In this document: positions 50,783-59,733 of the stretch, one piece after another | Numbering within the stretch: position 1 is the stretch's first letter | Layout of the letters: each line of letters starts with the position of its first letter | Origin: an uncultured SAR86 cluster bacterium | Lineage (GTDB): Bacteria > Pseudomonadota > Gammaproteobacteria > Magnimaribacterales > D2472 | Direction of reading: 5' to 3' | DNA: 64,000 nucleotides | Assembly (NCBI GenBank): GCA_902541175.1 | Contig: CACBPP010000003.1 | Location: 9,765-73,764, forward strand | Program-made: the position numbers and the translations under genes | The notes under the pieces: model-generated | The model's database searches: none | The model's input: the letters and a program-made list of their open reading frames with translations, nothing else | Told to the model about the DNA's origin: nothing

Positions 50783-51761
50783 ATTTTTCAGTGTAAGAGT
50801 CAAAATCTATAGATATTATTTCATTTTTTTGATTTAAGATTTCCATGCTTAAATTTTCACCAAGTGTGGCAAATTTTAAAGAACTCGTTAAATTACTCCA
50901 ACTTGCTATTTCATCATTTATGCTTAGTATTACATCATTTAATCTTACACCTTTGTCAAACAAAGGACCTTTATTTTGCATCTCAATAATTCTCAATCCA
51001 CTACTGACAAAACCACCTTTATTTATCCTAATTTTTGCGACTCTAAAATTACCTATCCAAAGACTTTGAAGCTCACCAAATCTAATTAGCTGAGTTGCAA
51101 TTTGAACAACCAGGTTTGATGGTATTGCAAAACCTATACCTTGATATGCTCCAGTTCTTGAAAAAATTTTAGAGTTAATGCCAATTAAATTACCATTTGC
51201 ATTTATTAATGCTCCGCCAGAGTTTCCTGGATTTATTGCAGCATCTGTTTGGATTAATTGTAAATAAGGATTTCCATAATCTCTACCGGTCGCACTAATA
51301 ATTCCATTTGAGACTGAAATTCCAATTCCATATGGATTACCAATCGCAAGCACATCATCACCAATTTTTAATTCATTAGAATCTGCAAAATTTATGGGTT
51401 TTAGTTTTTCATCCGGTATTATTTTAAGTACTGCTATATCCGTATTTTGATCTACACCAATTATGCTTGCAGGATAGTTATTACCATCCTCTAGCTTAAT
51501 ATATATGTCATCTCCCGAAATAATATGTAAATTTGTAACAATATAACCATCTTCAGAAAAAATTACCCCAGATCCAATGCCATTTCTATTGTTAGAAAAA
51601 GTCTTATTTTGATTCGATATAACTGTTACAACTGAGGGTATTGATTTTTCTGAGGCTAAAACCAATTTGTTTTTATCATTAGATATAAAGTACCATGTGC
51701 CTGCAAATGTAATAATAATTACCAAAAGATAATTTAAAAAATTAATTTGAAAAGTTTTCAT
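50775..51761 (-). CDS. degS: DegS/HtrA-family periplasmic serine endoprotease with one PDZ domain
   Basis: Start taken at 51761 (MKTFQINFL...); the alternative at 51785 adds 8 aa. TM anchor, catalytic triad context (TNLHII, DIAVLKI, GNSGGALI) and a single C-terminal PDZ domain. Confidence 0.8.
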   Translation of the reverse strand: MKTFQINFLNYLLVIIITFAGTWYFISNDKNKLVLASEKSIPSVVTVISNQNKTFSNNRNGIGSGVIFSEDGYIVTNLHIISGDDIYIKLEDGNNYPASIIGVDQNTDIAVLKIIPDEKLKPINFADSNELKIGDDVLAIGNPYGIGISVSNGIISATGRDYGNPYLQLIQTDAAINPGNSGGALINANGNLIGINSKIFSRTGAYQGIGFAIPSNLVVQIATQLIRFGELQSLWIGNFRVAKIRINKGGFVSSGLRIIEMQNKGPLFDKGVRLNDVILSINDEIASWSNLTSSLKFATLGENLSMEILNQKNEIISIDFDSYTEKSN

Positions 51762-51762
51762 A

Positions 51763-52812
51763 ATGCCTAACGTTAAAAATATCATCGATACTCTTAAAAA
51801 CCAAGGAGCTAATCCAGATTTGTCTCAAATAAATCTAATTGAAAAGCTATGTAAGATGAATATTTCAAAGAAATTTTCATTTAAAAAAGTATTCTCCAAA
51901 GATAATTTATTAGGAACATATATTTGGGGTGATGTTGGAAGAGGAAAGACCCTAATAACTAAAACATATCTGAGGGAGTTGAAAAGAGATGACATAAAAA
52001 GCTTTCATTACATAGATTTGATGAGCTATATACACGATCAGCTATATAAAAATTCTGGAGTAAAAGATCCACTCTCAAAAGTATCCAAAACTTTAACTAA
52101 AGATGCCAGCATAATATTTATAGATGAATTTCAGGTTGAAGACGTTGCTGATGCAATGATAATTGGAGACTTGTTGAAACTTATTTCAGGGCATGGAACT
52201 AAAATAATATTGACTTCAAATGCACATCCTAATGATTTATATGTTGATGGACTTCAAAGACAAAAATTTTTAGCCTCAATAAAAATATTTTTACAAAATG
52301 TAAATGTCCATAAGCTTGACGGCGACATAGATTATAGAACAAGAAATATAATCAAGTTTGATGAGAATGACAGCAATAGAATTATTTCAGATGAGGAAAT
52401 ATTTAAGTTCATAATTGATAATTTTGCTGTGGATCAACAACAATCAGATCAAATATTAATTAATGATAGAAAATTTAATTGTAAACATGTTTCTAATAGC
52501 ATTCTTTGGATTGAATTCAATGACTTTTTTAAGGAAGCCACAGGATCTAAGGATTACAAATACATTTCAAATAAATTCGATTGGATATTTATAAGCAATT
52601 TTAAAAAAAATAATGATGATACGATTGATATTATTAGAAGATTTATATCATTCATAGATATAACATACATAAATAGAACAAAAATTAAATTTTTCTTTAA
52701 TGACATTCCTATTGAAAGTATCTATTCAGGCTCAAAGATAGAGAACCTGTGGGTTAGATGTAAAAGTAGACTATCTGAAATGAGAACACAAGAATATTTA
52801 ACTAATAATTAG
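51763..52812 (+). CDS. zapE: AFG1-like ATPase / cell division protein ZapE
   Basis: 349 aa with Walker A GDVGRGKT and Walker B IIFIDEFQV. Upstream of rplM-rpsI as in E. coli (yhcM). Confidence 0.8.
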   Translation: MPNVKNIIDTLKNQGANPDLSQINLIEKLCKMNISKKFSFKKVFSKDNLLGTYIWGDVGRGKTLITKTYLRELKRDDIKSFHYIDLMSYIHDQLYKNSGVKDPLSKVSKTLTKDASIIFIDEFQVEDVADAMIIGDLLKLISGHGTKIILTSNAHPNDLYVDGLQRQKFLASIKIFLQNVNVHKLDGDIDYRTRNIIKFDENDSNRIISDEEIFKFIIDNFAVDQQQSDQILINDRKFNCKHVSNSILWIEFNDFFKEATGSKDYKYISNKFDWIFISNFKKNNDDTIDIIRRFISFIDITYINRTKIKFFFNDIPIESIYSGSKIENLWVRCKSRLSEMRTQEYLTNN

Positions 52813-52835
52813 TTAAATAAAAATTAACATAAATA

Positions 52836-52864
52836 TTGATATATTTAGCTCTAAACATTAATAT
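52836..52864 (+). promoter_or_regulatory. candidate sigma70 promoter for rplM-rpsI
   Basis: TTGATA (52836..52841), 17-nt spacer, TAATAT (52859..52864), followed by a TCGCTAC discriminator. Lies 22 nt upstream of the rplM ATG. Confidence 0.4.
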
Positions 52865-52886
52865 TCGCTACTCAAATTAAATGATT

Positions 52887-53318
52887 ATGAAAACATACTC
52901 TTTAAAAAAAGAAGAAGTCCAAAGAAATTGGTTTGTTGTAGATGCAACAGATAGGGTGTTAGGTCGAGTTGCCACAAAAATTGCTGATAAGATCAGAGGC
53001 AAAGATAAACCAACATTCACACCTCATACTGACGGAGGAGACTATGTAATCGTGATTAATGCTGAGAAAATTAAAGTTACTGGTTCTAAATTTGATAATA
53101 AAATGTACTATCGTCACTCCTTATATCCTGGAGGCTTGAAATCACAAACCTTTAAGGAACTTAACGAAAAAAACCCTAAAAGGATTATCGAAGAAGCTGT
53201 GAAAGGTATGCTTCCTAAAAATAAACTTGGAAAATCTATGATTAAGAAACTAAAAGTTTTTCGTGGCCCAAATCATGATCACGAATCTCAACAACCAACT
53301 GAGTGGAATCCCAGATAA
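52887..53318 (+). CDS. rplM: 50S ribosomal protein L13
   Basis: Start taken at [20 protein letters not shown], which matches E. coli [20 protein letters not shown]. Confidence 0.95.
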   Translation: MKTYSLKKEEVQRNWFVVDATDRVLGRVATKIADKIRGKDKPTFTPHTDGGDYVIVINAEKIKVTGSKFDNKMYYRHSLYPGGLKSQTFKELNEKNPKRIIEEAVKGMLPKNKLGKSMIKKLKVFRGPNHDHESQQPTEWNPR

Positions 53319-53710
53319 TGAGCGCTGAAATTTTTTATGCAACTGGAAGAAGAAAAACTTCCTCAGCAAGAGTTTATTTAAAAAAAGGAAAAGGTGATAT
53401 ATTTGTAAATGATAGAAAGCTTGAAGAGTATTTTGGTAGAAAAGTTGCTCAGATGTTGGTAATGCAACCACTAGAGCTTTTTGATTTATCTGAAAAATTA
53501 GATATCAATATCAAAGTTAAGGGTGGGGGAAGTTTTGGACAAGCTGGTGCAATCAGACATGGAATTTCAAGAGCTCTTACATCTTTCGATGAAGAATTAA
53601 GACCCCAACTTAAAAAAGCAGGTTTGCTTACCAGAGATCCAAGAAGAGTTGAAAGAAAGAAGCCTGGACTAGTAAAAGCTAGAAAAAGTAAGCAATTTTC
53701 TAAGAGATAA
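53318..53710 (+). CDS. rpsI: 30S ribosomal protein S9
   Basis: Start moved to the ATG at 53318 ([21 protein letters not shown]), giving 130 aa as in E. coli. TAATG overlap with rplM. C-terminal [11 protein letters not shown]. Confidence 0.95.
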   Translation: MSAEIFYATGRRKTSSARVYLKKGKGDIFVNDRKLEEYFGRKVAQMLVMQPLELFDLSEKLDINIKVKGGGSFGQAGAIRHGISRALTSFDEELRPQLKKAGLLTRDPRRVERKKPGLVKARKSKQFSKR

Positions 53711-53769
53711 ATATAGCTTTATTTTCAAACTTATTTTTAATTATAAGCAGATTTTATATTACATATTTA

Positions 53770-53778
53770 TGATATAAT
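53770..53778 (+). promoter_or_regulatory. candidate extended -10 element (TGATATAAT) upstream of petABC
   Basis: TG-n-TATAAT lies 32 nt upstream of the petA ATG. AT-rich context, so this is weak evidence. Confidence 0.35.
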
Positions 53779-53809
53779 TTTGTTGTTATTTGAGTAGCAC
53801 ACACCCTTA

Positions 53810-54391
53810 ATGCAAGAAAAAGACAAAACTAGAAGGAAAGTTTTAATTGGACTAACAAGTGCAGTTGGTTTGTCTGGTTTGCCGTTTGCTGCAACTCCAT
53901 TTATTGCAGCATGGAATCCCAGTGCAAAGGCAAAAGCTGCAGGTGCCGCAGTTAAATTAGATGTTTCAAAGATGCAATATGGACAACAAATACAAGTTTC
54001 ATGGAGAAAACAACCTGTTTTTATAGTTAGACATACTGAAGAAAGTATTGCCAGCTTAGATTTGGCTTTGCCAAAATTAGCAGATCCCAATAGTGATCAG
54101 ATTGAAGAGCCCTATAGAGGTTTAAATCCATCAAGATCAAAAAGTCCAGAGTATTCAGTATTCTCAGGTGTATGTACTCATTTAGGTTGTGCACCAAAAT
54201 ATTTTCCTGAAATTGAACCTAAGCCTTGGGATGCTACATGGAATGGTGGATTTTTTTGTCCTTGCCATGGTTCGATGTTTGATATTGTTGGAAGAGTTTT
54301 TAAAGGAGTTCCCGCACCAACAAATCTTATAGTACCGCCCCATATGTTCGATGGAAGTATATTAACAATTGGAGAGGACAAGGAGTTATAA
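53810..54391 (+). CDS. petA: ubiquinol-cytochrome c reductase Rieske iron-sulfur subunit
   Basis: 193 aa with twin-arginine signal TRRKVLIG and the 2Fe-2S boxes CTHLGC and CPCHGS. Confidence 0.92.
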   Translation: MQEKDKTRRKVLIGLTSAVGLSGLPFAATPFIAAWNPSAKAKAAGAAVKLDVSKMQYGQQIQVSWRKQPVFIVRHTEESIASLDLALPKLADPNSDQIEEPYRGLNPSRSKSPEYSVFSGVCTHLGCAPKYFPEIEPKPWDATWNGGFFCPCHGSMFDIVGRVFKGVPAPTNLIVPPHMFDGSILTIGEDKEL

Positions 54392-55609
54392 ATGACTGAA
54401 ATAGCTGGAAAATTATTTACTTGGATAAATACAAGACTTCCAATAGTTAACACTTTTGAGAGGCATCTTTCTAAACATCCGGTTCCTTCAAAGGTAAACT
54501 TTTGGTATTTATTTGGCGCATTGGCTGCGGTTACTCTTATTATTCAGATTGTTACCGGAATATGGTTAATAATGCCTTACTCCAATACTGAGGAGCAAGC
54601 CTTTTCTTCTATTGAATATATTATGAGAGACGTTGACTATGGTTGGATTATTAGATACATGCACACAACAGGAGCATCATTATTTTTTGCAGTTGTATAT
54701 CTTCATATGTTTAGAGGCCTTTTATACGGATCATATCAAAAACCTAAAGAGTTAGTTTGGATTTTTGGGTGCACAATTTATCTTGCTATGATGGCGGAAG
54801 GCTTTCTTGGTTATGTTCTTCCATATGGTCAGATGTCATATTGGGGAGCCCAAGTTATTATCTCACTATTCGGAGCAATTCCATATATTGGAGAATCACT
54901 TGAATTATGGGTAAGAGGAGACTATTACATATCTGGCATAACAGTTTCAAGATTTTTTGCTTTACATGTGGTTGCACTTCCTTTAGTTTTGATTGCGCTA
55001 GTTTTTCTTCATTTAGTTGCTCTTCATGAGGTCGGCGCCGGTAATCCTGAAGGAGTTGATATTGAAGAACATCTTGATGAAGATGGCGTACCCCTTGATA
55101 GCGTGCCATTTTTTCCATACAAGGTATTGAATGCTTTAGTAGCAATTGGTGTTTTCATGACAGTATTTTCAATAATAATGTTCTTCTTTCCTGAAGGAGG
55201 GGGCTATTTTATTGAAATGGCTAATTTTCAAGAAGCGAATCCATTAGTAACTCCAGATCATATTGCACCAGTTTGGTATTACGCACCTTTTTATACAATG
55301 CTAAGAGCAATCCCAGATCCACTTGGTGGTTTGATTGTTATGGCTTCTGCAGTGGCAATTTTCTTTATAGTTCCATGGCTAGATAGAAGTAAGGTTGCGT
55401 CAATTAGGTATAAAGGAATTTACAGCAAGATTGCTATAACTATGTTTGGAGTTAGCTTTTTAACGCTTGGATATTTAGGAACTGTTGGAGTAACAGAAGT
55501 AAGAAAAACAATGAGTGTTATATGTACAATAATTTATTTTGCATATTTCTTGCTAATGCCAATTTATACAAAATATGAAATCACCAAGGAAGTCCCAGAA
55601 AGATTATGA
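54392..55609 (+). CDS. petB: cytochrome b
   Basis: 405 aa polytopic protein with MHTTGAS, the conserved heme-ligand histidines (FALHVVALP, LHLVALH) and PVWYYAPFY (PEWY-like). Confidence 0.95.
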   Translation: MTEIAGKLFTWINTRLPIVNTFERHLSKHPVPSKVNFWYLFGALAAVTLIIQIVTGIWLIMPYSNTEEQAFSSIEYIMRDVDYGWIIRYMHTTGASLFFAVVYLHMFRGLLYGSYQKPKELVWIFGCTIYLAMMAEGFLGYVLPYGQMSYWGAQVIISLFGAIPYIGESLELWVRGDYYISGITVSRFFALHVVALPLVLIALVFLHLVALHEVGAGNPEGVDIEEHLDEDGVPLDSVPFFPYKVLNALVAIGVFMTVFSIIMFFFPEGGGYFIEMANFQEANPLVTPDHIAPVWYYAPFYTMLRAIPDPLGGLIVMASAVAIFFIVPWLDRSKVASIRYKGIYSKIAITMFGVSFLTLGYLGTVGVTEVRKTMSVICTIIYFAYFLLMPIYTKYEITKEVPERL

Positions 55610-56433
55610 TTTCTTTGCCTCGATACTTTCAAAGTATTACAAAAAGCATTGCTTTATTTATTTTATTGGTTTCTTTTAATAAATTATTTGCTGCCGAGGG
55701 TGGTCCCTGTAAGGACTATGGCGAGTGTGACAAGTTTCAATATTCACTCAATGATATAGAATCTCTTCAAAGAGGAGCTTCTACTTATATCAACTATTGT
55801 TATGGATGCCATTCCCTTAAATATTCAAGATGGGGTAGAGTTGCTAAAGACTTACAAATACCAGAAGATATCTTTTTTGAAAATCTTGTTTTTGATAAAT
55901 CCATTAAACCCGGTGATTTGATGATTGGCGCTATGCCTGAAGATTCTGCAAATTGGTTTGGAGTTGAACCTCCAGACCTTACTTTAGTCTCTAGATACAA
56001 AGGAGATGATTGGATATATTCGTACTTGAGAGCATATTATGAAGATTCATCAAAGCAATATGGCGTAAATAATTTAGTTTATCCAGGAACTGCAATGCCA
56101 AATGTTTTGATATCACTTCAAGGAAATCAGAGATTAGTTTGTAAAGATGTTCCTGTTCTTGCAAGAAATGGAGGAGAAAAAAGGGATGATTTTGGAAATA
56201 CAATATTTAAAGAAAAATGTGGATTTCTTGAAGTTCAGGATGGGACTGGAATCTTATCAAGAGAAGAATTTGATACATTAATATATGATCTAACAAACTT
56301 TTTAGTTTATGTAGGTGAGCCAAGTAAAGCGACTAGAGAAAGGATCGGCTGGTATGTCGTTTTTTATTTCTTAATTTTCACAGCATTATCTTCATTGCTA
56401 TATAGAGAGTATCATAAAGATTATAATAAGTAA
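55606..56433 (+). CDS. petC: cytochrome c1
   Basis: 275 aa with a signal sequence, heme-binding motif CYGCHS, PPDLT and a C-terminal TM anchor. Confidence 0.88.
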   Translation: MISLPRYFQSITKSIALFILLVSFNKLFAAEGGPCKDYGECDKFQYSLNDIESLQRGASTYINYCYGCHSLKYSRWGRVAKDLQIPEDIFFENLVFDKSIKPGDLMIGAMPEDSANWFGVEPPDLTLVSRYKGDDWIYSYLRAYYEDSSKQYGVNNLVYPGTAMPNVLISLQGNQRLVCKDVPVLARNGGEKRDDFGNTIFKEKCGFLEVQDGTGILSREEFDTLIYDLTNFLVYVGEPSKATRERIGWYVVFYFLIFTALSSLLYREYHKDYNK

Positions 56434-56451
56434 TTTATAAGTGAGGGGAAA

Positions 56452-57066
56452 ATGATTTTATATTCAGATAGAGATGATCATTATAGTCAAAGGGTAAGAA
56501 TAGTTTTTGCTGAAAAAGATATTAGCGCTGAAATTAAAGAAGTAATTGCAGAGGAAGCACCTGATGACATACTTTCAATAAGCCCATATCACAAACTTCC
56601 AATTTTGATTGATAGAGATTTAGCAATTCATGATCCTTCTGTAATGATGGAGTATCTTGATGAGAGGTTTCCTCATCCACCATTATTACCAGTTTACCCA
56701 ATTGCAAGAGCGAATTGCAGGACCCTAATACTCAGAATTGATAGAGAATGGTGCCCAATGGTTGATTCATTAATTGCAGGTGATAAATCCGAAAAAGAAC
56801 TTATGAAAATAAGAGAGGAACTATTGCATGAAATTTCTTCCGTAGCACCAACTTTTAAGGAGTTCAAATTTTTTATGAGTGAAGAATTTACTCTAGTTGA
56901 TTGTTTTTTTGCTCCAATTTTATGGCGTCTTCCATCTTTGGGAATAAAATTACCTGTCAGTAGACATTTAAAACCTTTAATAGATTATCAAAATTCTATT
57001 TTTGAAAGACCTGGATTTTTAGATAGCCTATCTTCAATTGAAAGAGATCTTAAATCTAGCCAGTAA
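56452..57066 (+). CDS. sspA: stringent starvation protein A (GST-like)
   Basis: 204 aa GST fold. Follows petABC as in Pseudomonas-type synteny. SD GAGGGGAAA upstream. Confidence 0.85.
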   Translation: MILYSDRDDHYSQRVRIVFAEKDISAEIKEVIAEEAPDDILSISPYHKLPILIDRDLAIHDPSVMMEYLDERFPHPPLLPVYPIARANCRTLILRIDREWCPMVDSLIAGDKSEKELMKIREELLHEISSVAPTFKEFKFFMSEEFTLVDCFFAPILWRLPSLGIKLPVSRHLKPLIDYQNSIFERPGFLDSLSSIERDLKSSQ

Positions 57067-57982
57067 GATTATTCGTGGAAACTTTCCACAACCTTAAGTT
57101 ACGATCTATACAAGTATTTCTTTTAACTTTAATGTTACCTGAATCAGGCACTATGTCTTTTCTAAATAGGTTATTTTGATATATTTTCTCAACCGTTAAG
57201 TAATCTTTAATAAGTGTATTTTCTATTTCATCTTTTATAGAAACAATTTGTTTTTTTGAAATATTTTCAATCATTTTATTGGTAATTGGTATGAATGTAT
57301 TTTCGAAATCAACTAACTTTTTGATATCACTTGCATCATGAAATATTTCAGTAGATGAAAAATAATCAATATCCAGCGCATAACTTCGGAATATAGGTAC
57401 AACAGTTTTTCCTGAATCGTAGTTAGATAAAAAATAAATACCTGTAAAATCGTCTCTAACTCTTGGTGAATGTAATAGTTCTATATTATTATCAAGTCTA
57501 GATAATTCTGAGTAATTTTTTATACTTAAATCAACATATAGGATTCTTTTTATTTGAGAATCATAGTCATTCATTTTAATAAGATGATATTCTTCATTGG
57601 GATATTTTCTTTTGAGTTCCAAGACAATGTCCTCGTATTCTTTGAAATAAATAACTAATATTTTCTTATTTTCATTTCTTTTATTATTAAATATATTCGA
57701 TTCTAGAGTCTTCCTTTCATCTTCCATCATACTGTTACAGAAATATTTTAAGTCAGAGTTAAATATATTTTGATCAAGGATATAAGAATTTTCTTTGCTA
57801 AAATTTATAGTAAATTTAATTTCGTTTCTCAAAAGAGACTCAATAATTTTTTCTTTATATTTGTCACTAGTTTGTATATCTAGTTGAAGCTTAACTATTG
57901 ACTTTTCTCCAGCAGGAACTGTCGAACATGATGTGACAAATACAATTAAAATTATCATAATAAATGTTAAGCTGAATTTCAT
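57056..57982 (-). CDS. LpoA-like lipoprotein (putative PBP activator), roughly half-length
   Basis: 308 aa with lipobox VTSC|S. The segment SPRVRDDFTGIYFLSNYDSGKTVVPIFRSYALDIDYFSSTEIF resembles the LpoA C-terminal-domain motif (R.D.D.I.....P......P.L.FY.A.D.P.Y.TS). Divergent from rsmI as lpoA is in E. coli and Pseudomonas. Confidence 0.5.
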   Translation of the reverse strand: MKFSLTFIMIILIVFVTSCSTVPAGEKSIVKLQLDIQTSDKYKEKIIESLLRNEIKFTINFSKENSYILDQNIFNSDLKYFCNSMMEDERKTLESNIFNNKRNENKKILVIYFKEYEDIVLELKRKYPNEEYHLIKMNDYDSQIKRILYVDLSIKNYSELSRLDNNIELLHSPRVRDDFTGIYFLSNYDSGKTVVPIFRSYALDIDYFSSTEIFHDASDIKKLVDFENTFIPITNKMIENISKKQIVSIKDEIENTLIKDYLTVEKIYQNNLFRKDIVPDSGNIKVKRNTCIDRNLRLWKVSTNNLTG

Positions 57983-57998
57983 ATACTTATTTTTAAAG

Positions 57999-58814
57999 AT
58001 GCTTTATTTTGTTTCAACTCCTATTGGCAATCTAAATGATATATCACTTAGAGCAATAGATGTTATAAGATCTTCTGATTATTTATATGCTGAAGATACA
58101 AGAAATATAAAGAAACTGTTAAATTTTATTAATTTAAAAATTAAATCTAAAAGTTTTCATGAGCATAATGAAAACATAACTTCTCTTGAAATCATTAAAC
58201 AGTTAAAAAATGGAAAGATTATATCAATAGCATCTGATGCCGGAACACCAGCTATATCAGATCCTGGATACAAGCTAATACAAATGTGCATAAAAGAAAA
58301 TATTAAATATACATTGGTTCCTGGACCGTCTTCAGTCATGAGCTCTTTAGTAATGTCTGGTCTTTCTCCAGACAAATTTTCTTTCTATGGATTTATTCCA
58401 AGAAAGGCTGGAGACCAAATAAGATTATTTGAAACTTTATCTAATGATGTCAAAACATCTATTTGCTTTGAATCATCAAATAGAATCAGAAAATCTCTAA
58501 TTAATTTACAAAAATTCATTGGAGCCAATAGAAGCATTTCTTTGTGCAAAGAAATGACTAAAATTCATGAAAATGTTTTCAGAGGAAAAATTTCTGAAAT
58601 TGTAAAAGAAATTGAAAATGATCAAATTAATCTTAAGGGGGAGTTAGTTCTAGTAATAGAAGGGGCTAAAAATAAAAGAAAAGATTTACATATTAATGCA
58701 AAAATTAAAAAAGAATTTTTATCAAAGCTATCTGCATCTGATTCTGCTAAATTGATTTCTATCTTAACTGGCGAAAATAAAAGAGATGTCTATAAAAAGC
58801 TTATAGAAAAATAA
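57999..58814 (+). CDS. rsmI: 16S rRNA (cytidine1402-2'-O)-methyltransferase RsmI
   Basis: Start moved from 57933 to the ATG at 57999 (MLYFVSTPIGNLNDISLRAIDV...), the canonical RsmI N-terminus. Contains SDAGTPAISDPG. Confidence 0.9.
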   Translation: MLYFVSTPIGNLNDISLRAIDVIRSSDYLYAEDTRNIKKLLNFINLKIKSKSFHEHNENITSLEIIKQLKNGKIISIASDAGTPAISDPGYKLIQMCIKENIKYTLVPGPSSVMSSLVMSGLSPDKFSFYGFIPRKAGDQIRLFETLSNDVKTSICFESSNRIRKSLINLQKFIGANRSISLCKEMTKIHENVFRGKISEIVKEIENDQINLKGELVLVIEGAKNKRKDLHINAKIKKEFLSKLSASDSAKLISILTGENKRDVYKKLIEK

Positions 58815-58835
58815 AAAATGATTATAATATCGTCT

Positions 58836-59163
58836 GAGTTGGTTGGATGATCGCTAAATTAATTTAGAGGAAAGTCCGGACTTCATAGAGCAGGGCGCCA
58901 GGTAACACCTGGGAGGCGTGAGCTTACGGAGAGTGCAACAGAAAATATACCGCCATTTATTGGTAAGGGTGAAAAGGTAAGGTAAGAGCTTACCGCTTAA
59001 ATGGTAACATTTAAGGCATTGCAAACCCCAGCCTGAAGCAAAACCAAATAGAAATCCAATAAAGTTGCTCGCTTTGGATTTGGGTAGGTTGCTAGAGTAT
59101 TATGGCAACATAATATCGAGATAGATGATCATCTAAAACAGAATCCGGCTTATAAACCAACTC
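58836..59163 (+). ncRNA. rnpB: RNase P RNA, bacterial type A
   Basis: P1 pairing GAGTTGGTT (58836..58844) with AACCAACTC (59155..59163). Universally conserved blocks GAGGAAAGTCCGG, GCCAGGTAACACCTGG, AGTGCAACAGAAA, GGTAAGGGTGAAA and ACAGAATCCGGCTTA. Between rsmI and mraZ as in Pseudomonas. Confidence 0.92.
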
Positions 59164-59197
59164 ATCTATATTTTTGTAGATTTTTTGCATCAAATAA

Positions 59198-59251
59198 ATG
59201 TGTGAAAAAGTGTGCAAAAGTGTTGCAATGTGTGTAAAAAGTCTTTATATT
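59198..59251 (+). promoter_or_regulatory. putative MraZ operator (4 phased direct repeats) overlapping a candidate Pmra promoter
   Basis: GTGTG at 59200, 59210 and 59230 and GTGTT at 59220, giving an exact 10-bp period, each preceded by an A-run (AAAGTGTG-like). Candidate promoter TTGCAA (59223..59228), 17 nt, TATATT (59246..59251). Confidence 0.55.
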
Positions 59252-59257
59252 TTGAGA

Positions 59258-59725
59258 ATGTTTGGATTTAATACGCCATCTATTGATAGTAAAGGCAGAA
59301 TAGCTATTCCTGCTAGGTATAGAATTGACTTTAAAACACAAAATCATAACGAAATTGTAATAACAAAAGATCCTCAATATCCATCTTTAAAACTTTATCA
59401 TCATTCAGAATGGCATAGGATTTCAACAAAACTTCAATCACTTCAGGGCTTAGATCCTATCGTTAGAAATTTACAATGGACAATTCTTGGTAATGCTTAT
59501 CAAACAGATATTGATATCGAGGGCAGAATGCTTGTTAGAATTCCCTCAGATTTGCAAAGTTATGCTGAAATAAATGAACAGAAACAAGTTGCATTAGTTG
59601 GAATGGGTAACAAATTTGAAATTTGGAATGTTGAAAATTGGGAAATGCGACAAACAGGTGGGTCTCTTTCAACAGAGATTTTGGATGTTGTGCTACCTGA
59701 AAGTATTAAAGAAATGTCATTTTAA
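59258..59725 (+). CDS. mraZ: transcriptional regulator MraZ
   Basis: Start moved from 59198 to the ATG at 59258 (MFGFNTPSIDSKGRIAIPARYR). Two SpoVT/AbrB-like halves with DSKGR and DIEGR motifs. Confidence 0.9.
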   Translation: MFGFNTPSIDSKGRIAIPARYRIDFKTQNHNEIVITKDPQYPSLKLYHHSEWHRISTKLQSLQGLDPIVRNLQWTILGNAYQTDIDIEGRMLVRIPSDLQSYAEINEQKQVALVGMGNKFEIWNVENWEMRQTGGSLSTEILDVVLPESIKEMSF

Positions 59726-59733
59726 AGGGGAGT

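Noticed and set aside
52797-52815. A 9-bp perfect inverted repeat, TTAACTAAT-A-ATTAGTTAA, spanning the zapE stop codon, considered as a possible terminator.
   Set aside because: It is pure A/T with a 1-nt centre and no following T-run. It is expected by chance in this composition and unlikely to be a stable hairpin.
59164-59186. An AT-rich 5-bp hairpin (ATCTA...TAGAT) followed by TTTTTT just after rnpB, considered as the rnpB terminator.
   Set aside because: The stem is too short and weak to call. It is mentioned only as a possibility, since the RNase P RNA 3' end is usually set by processing.
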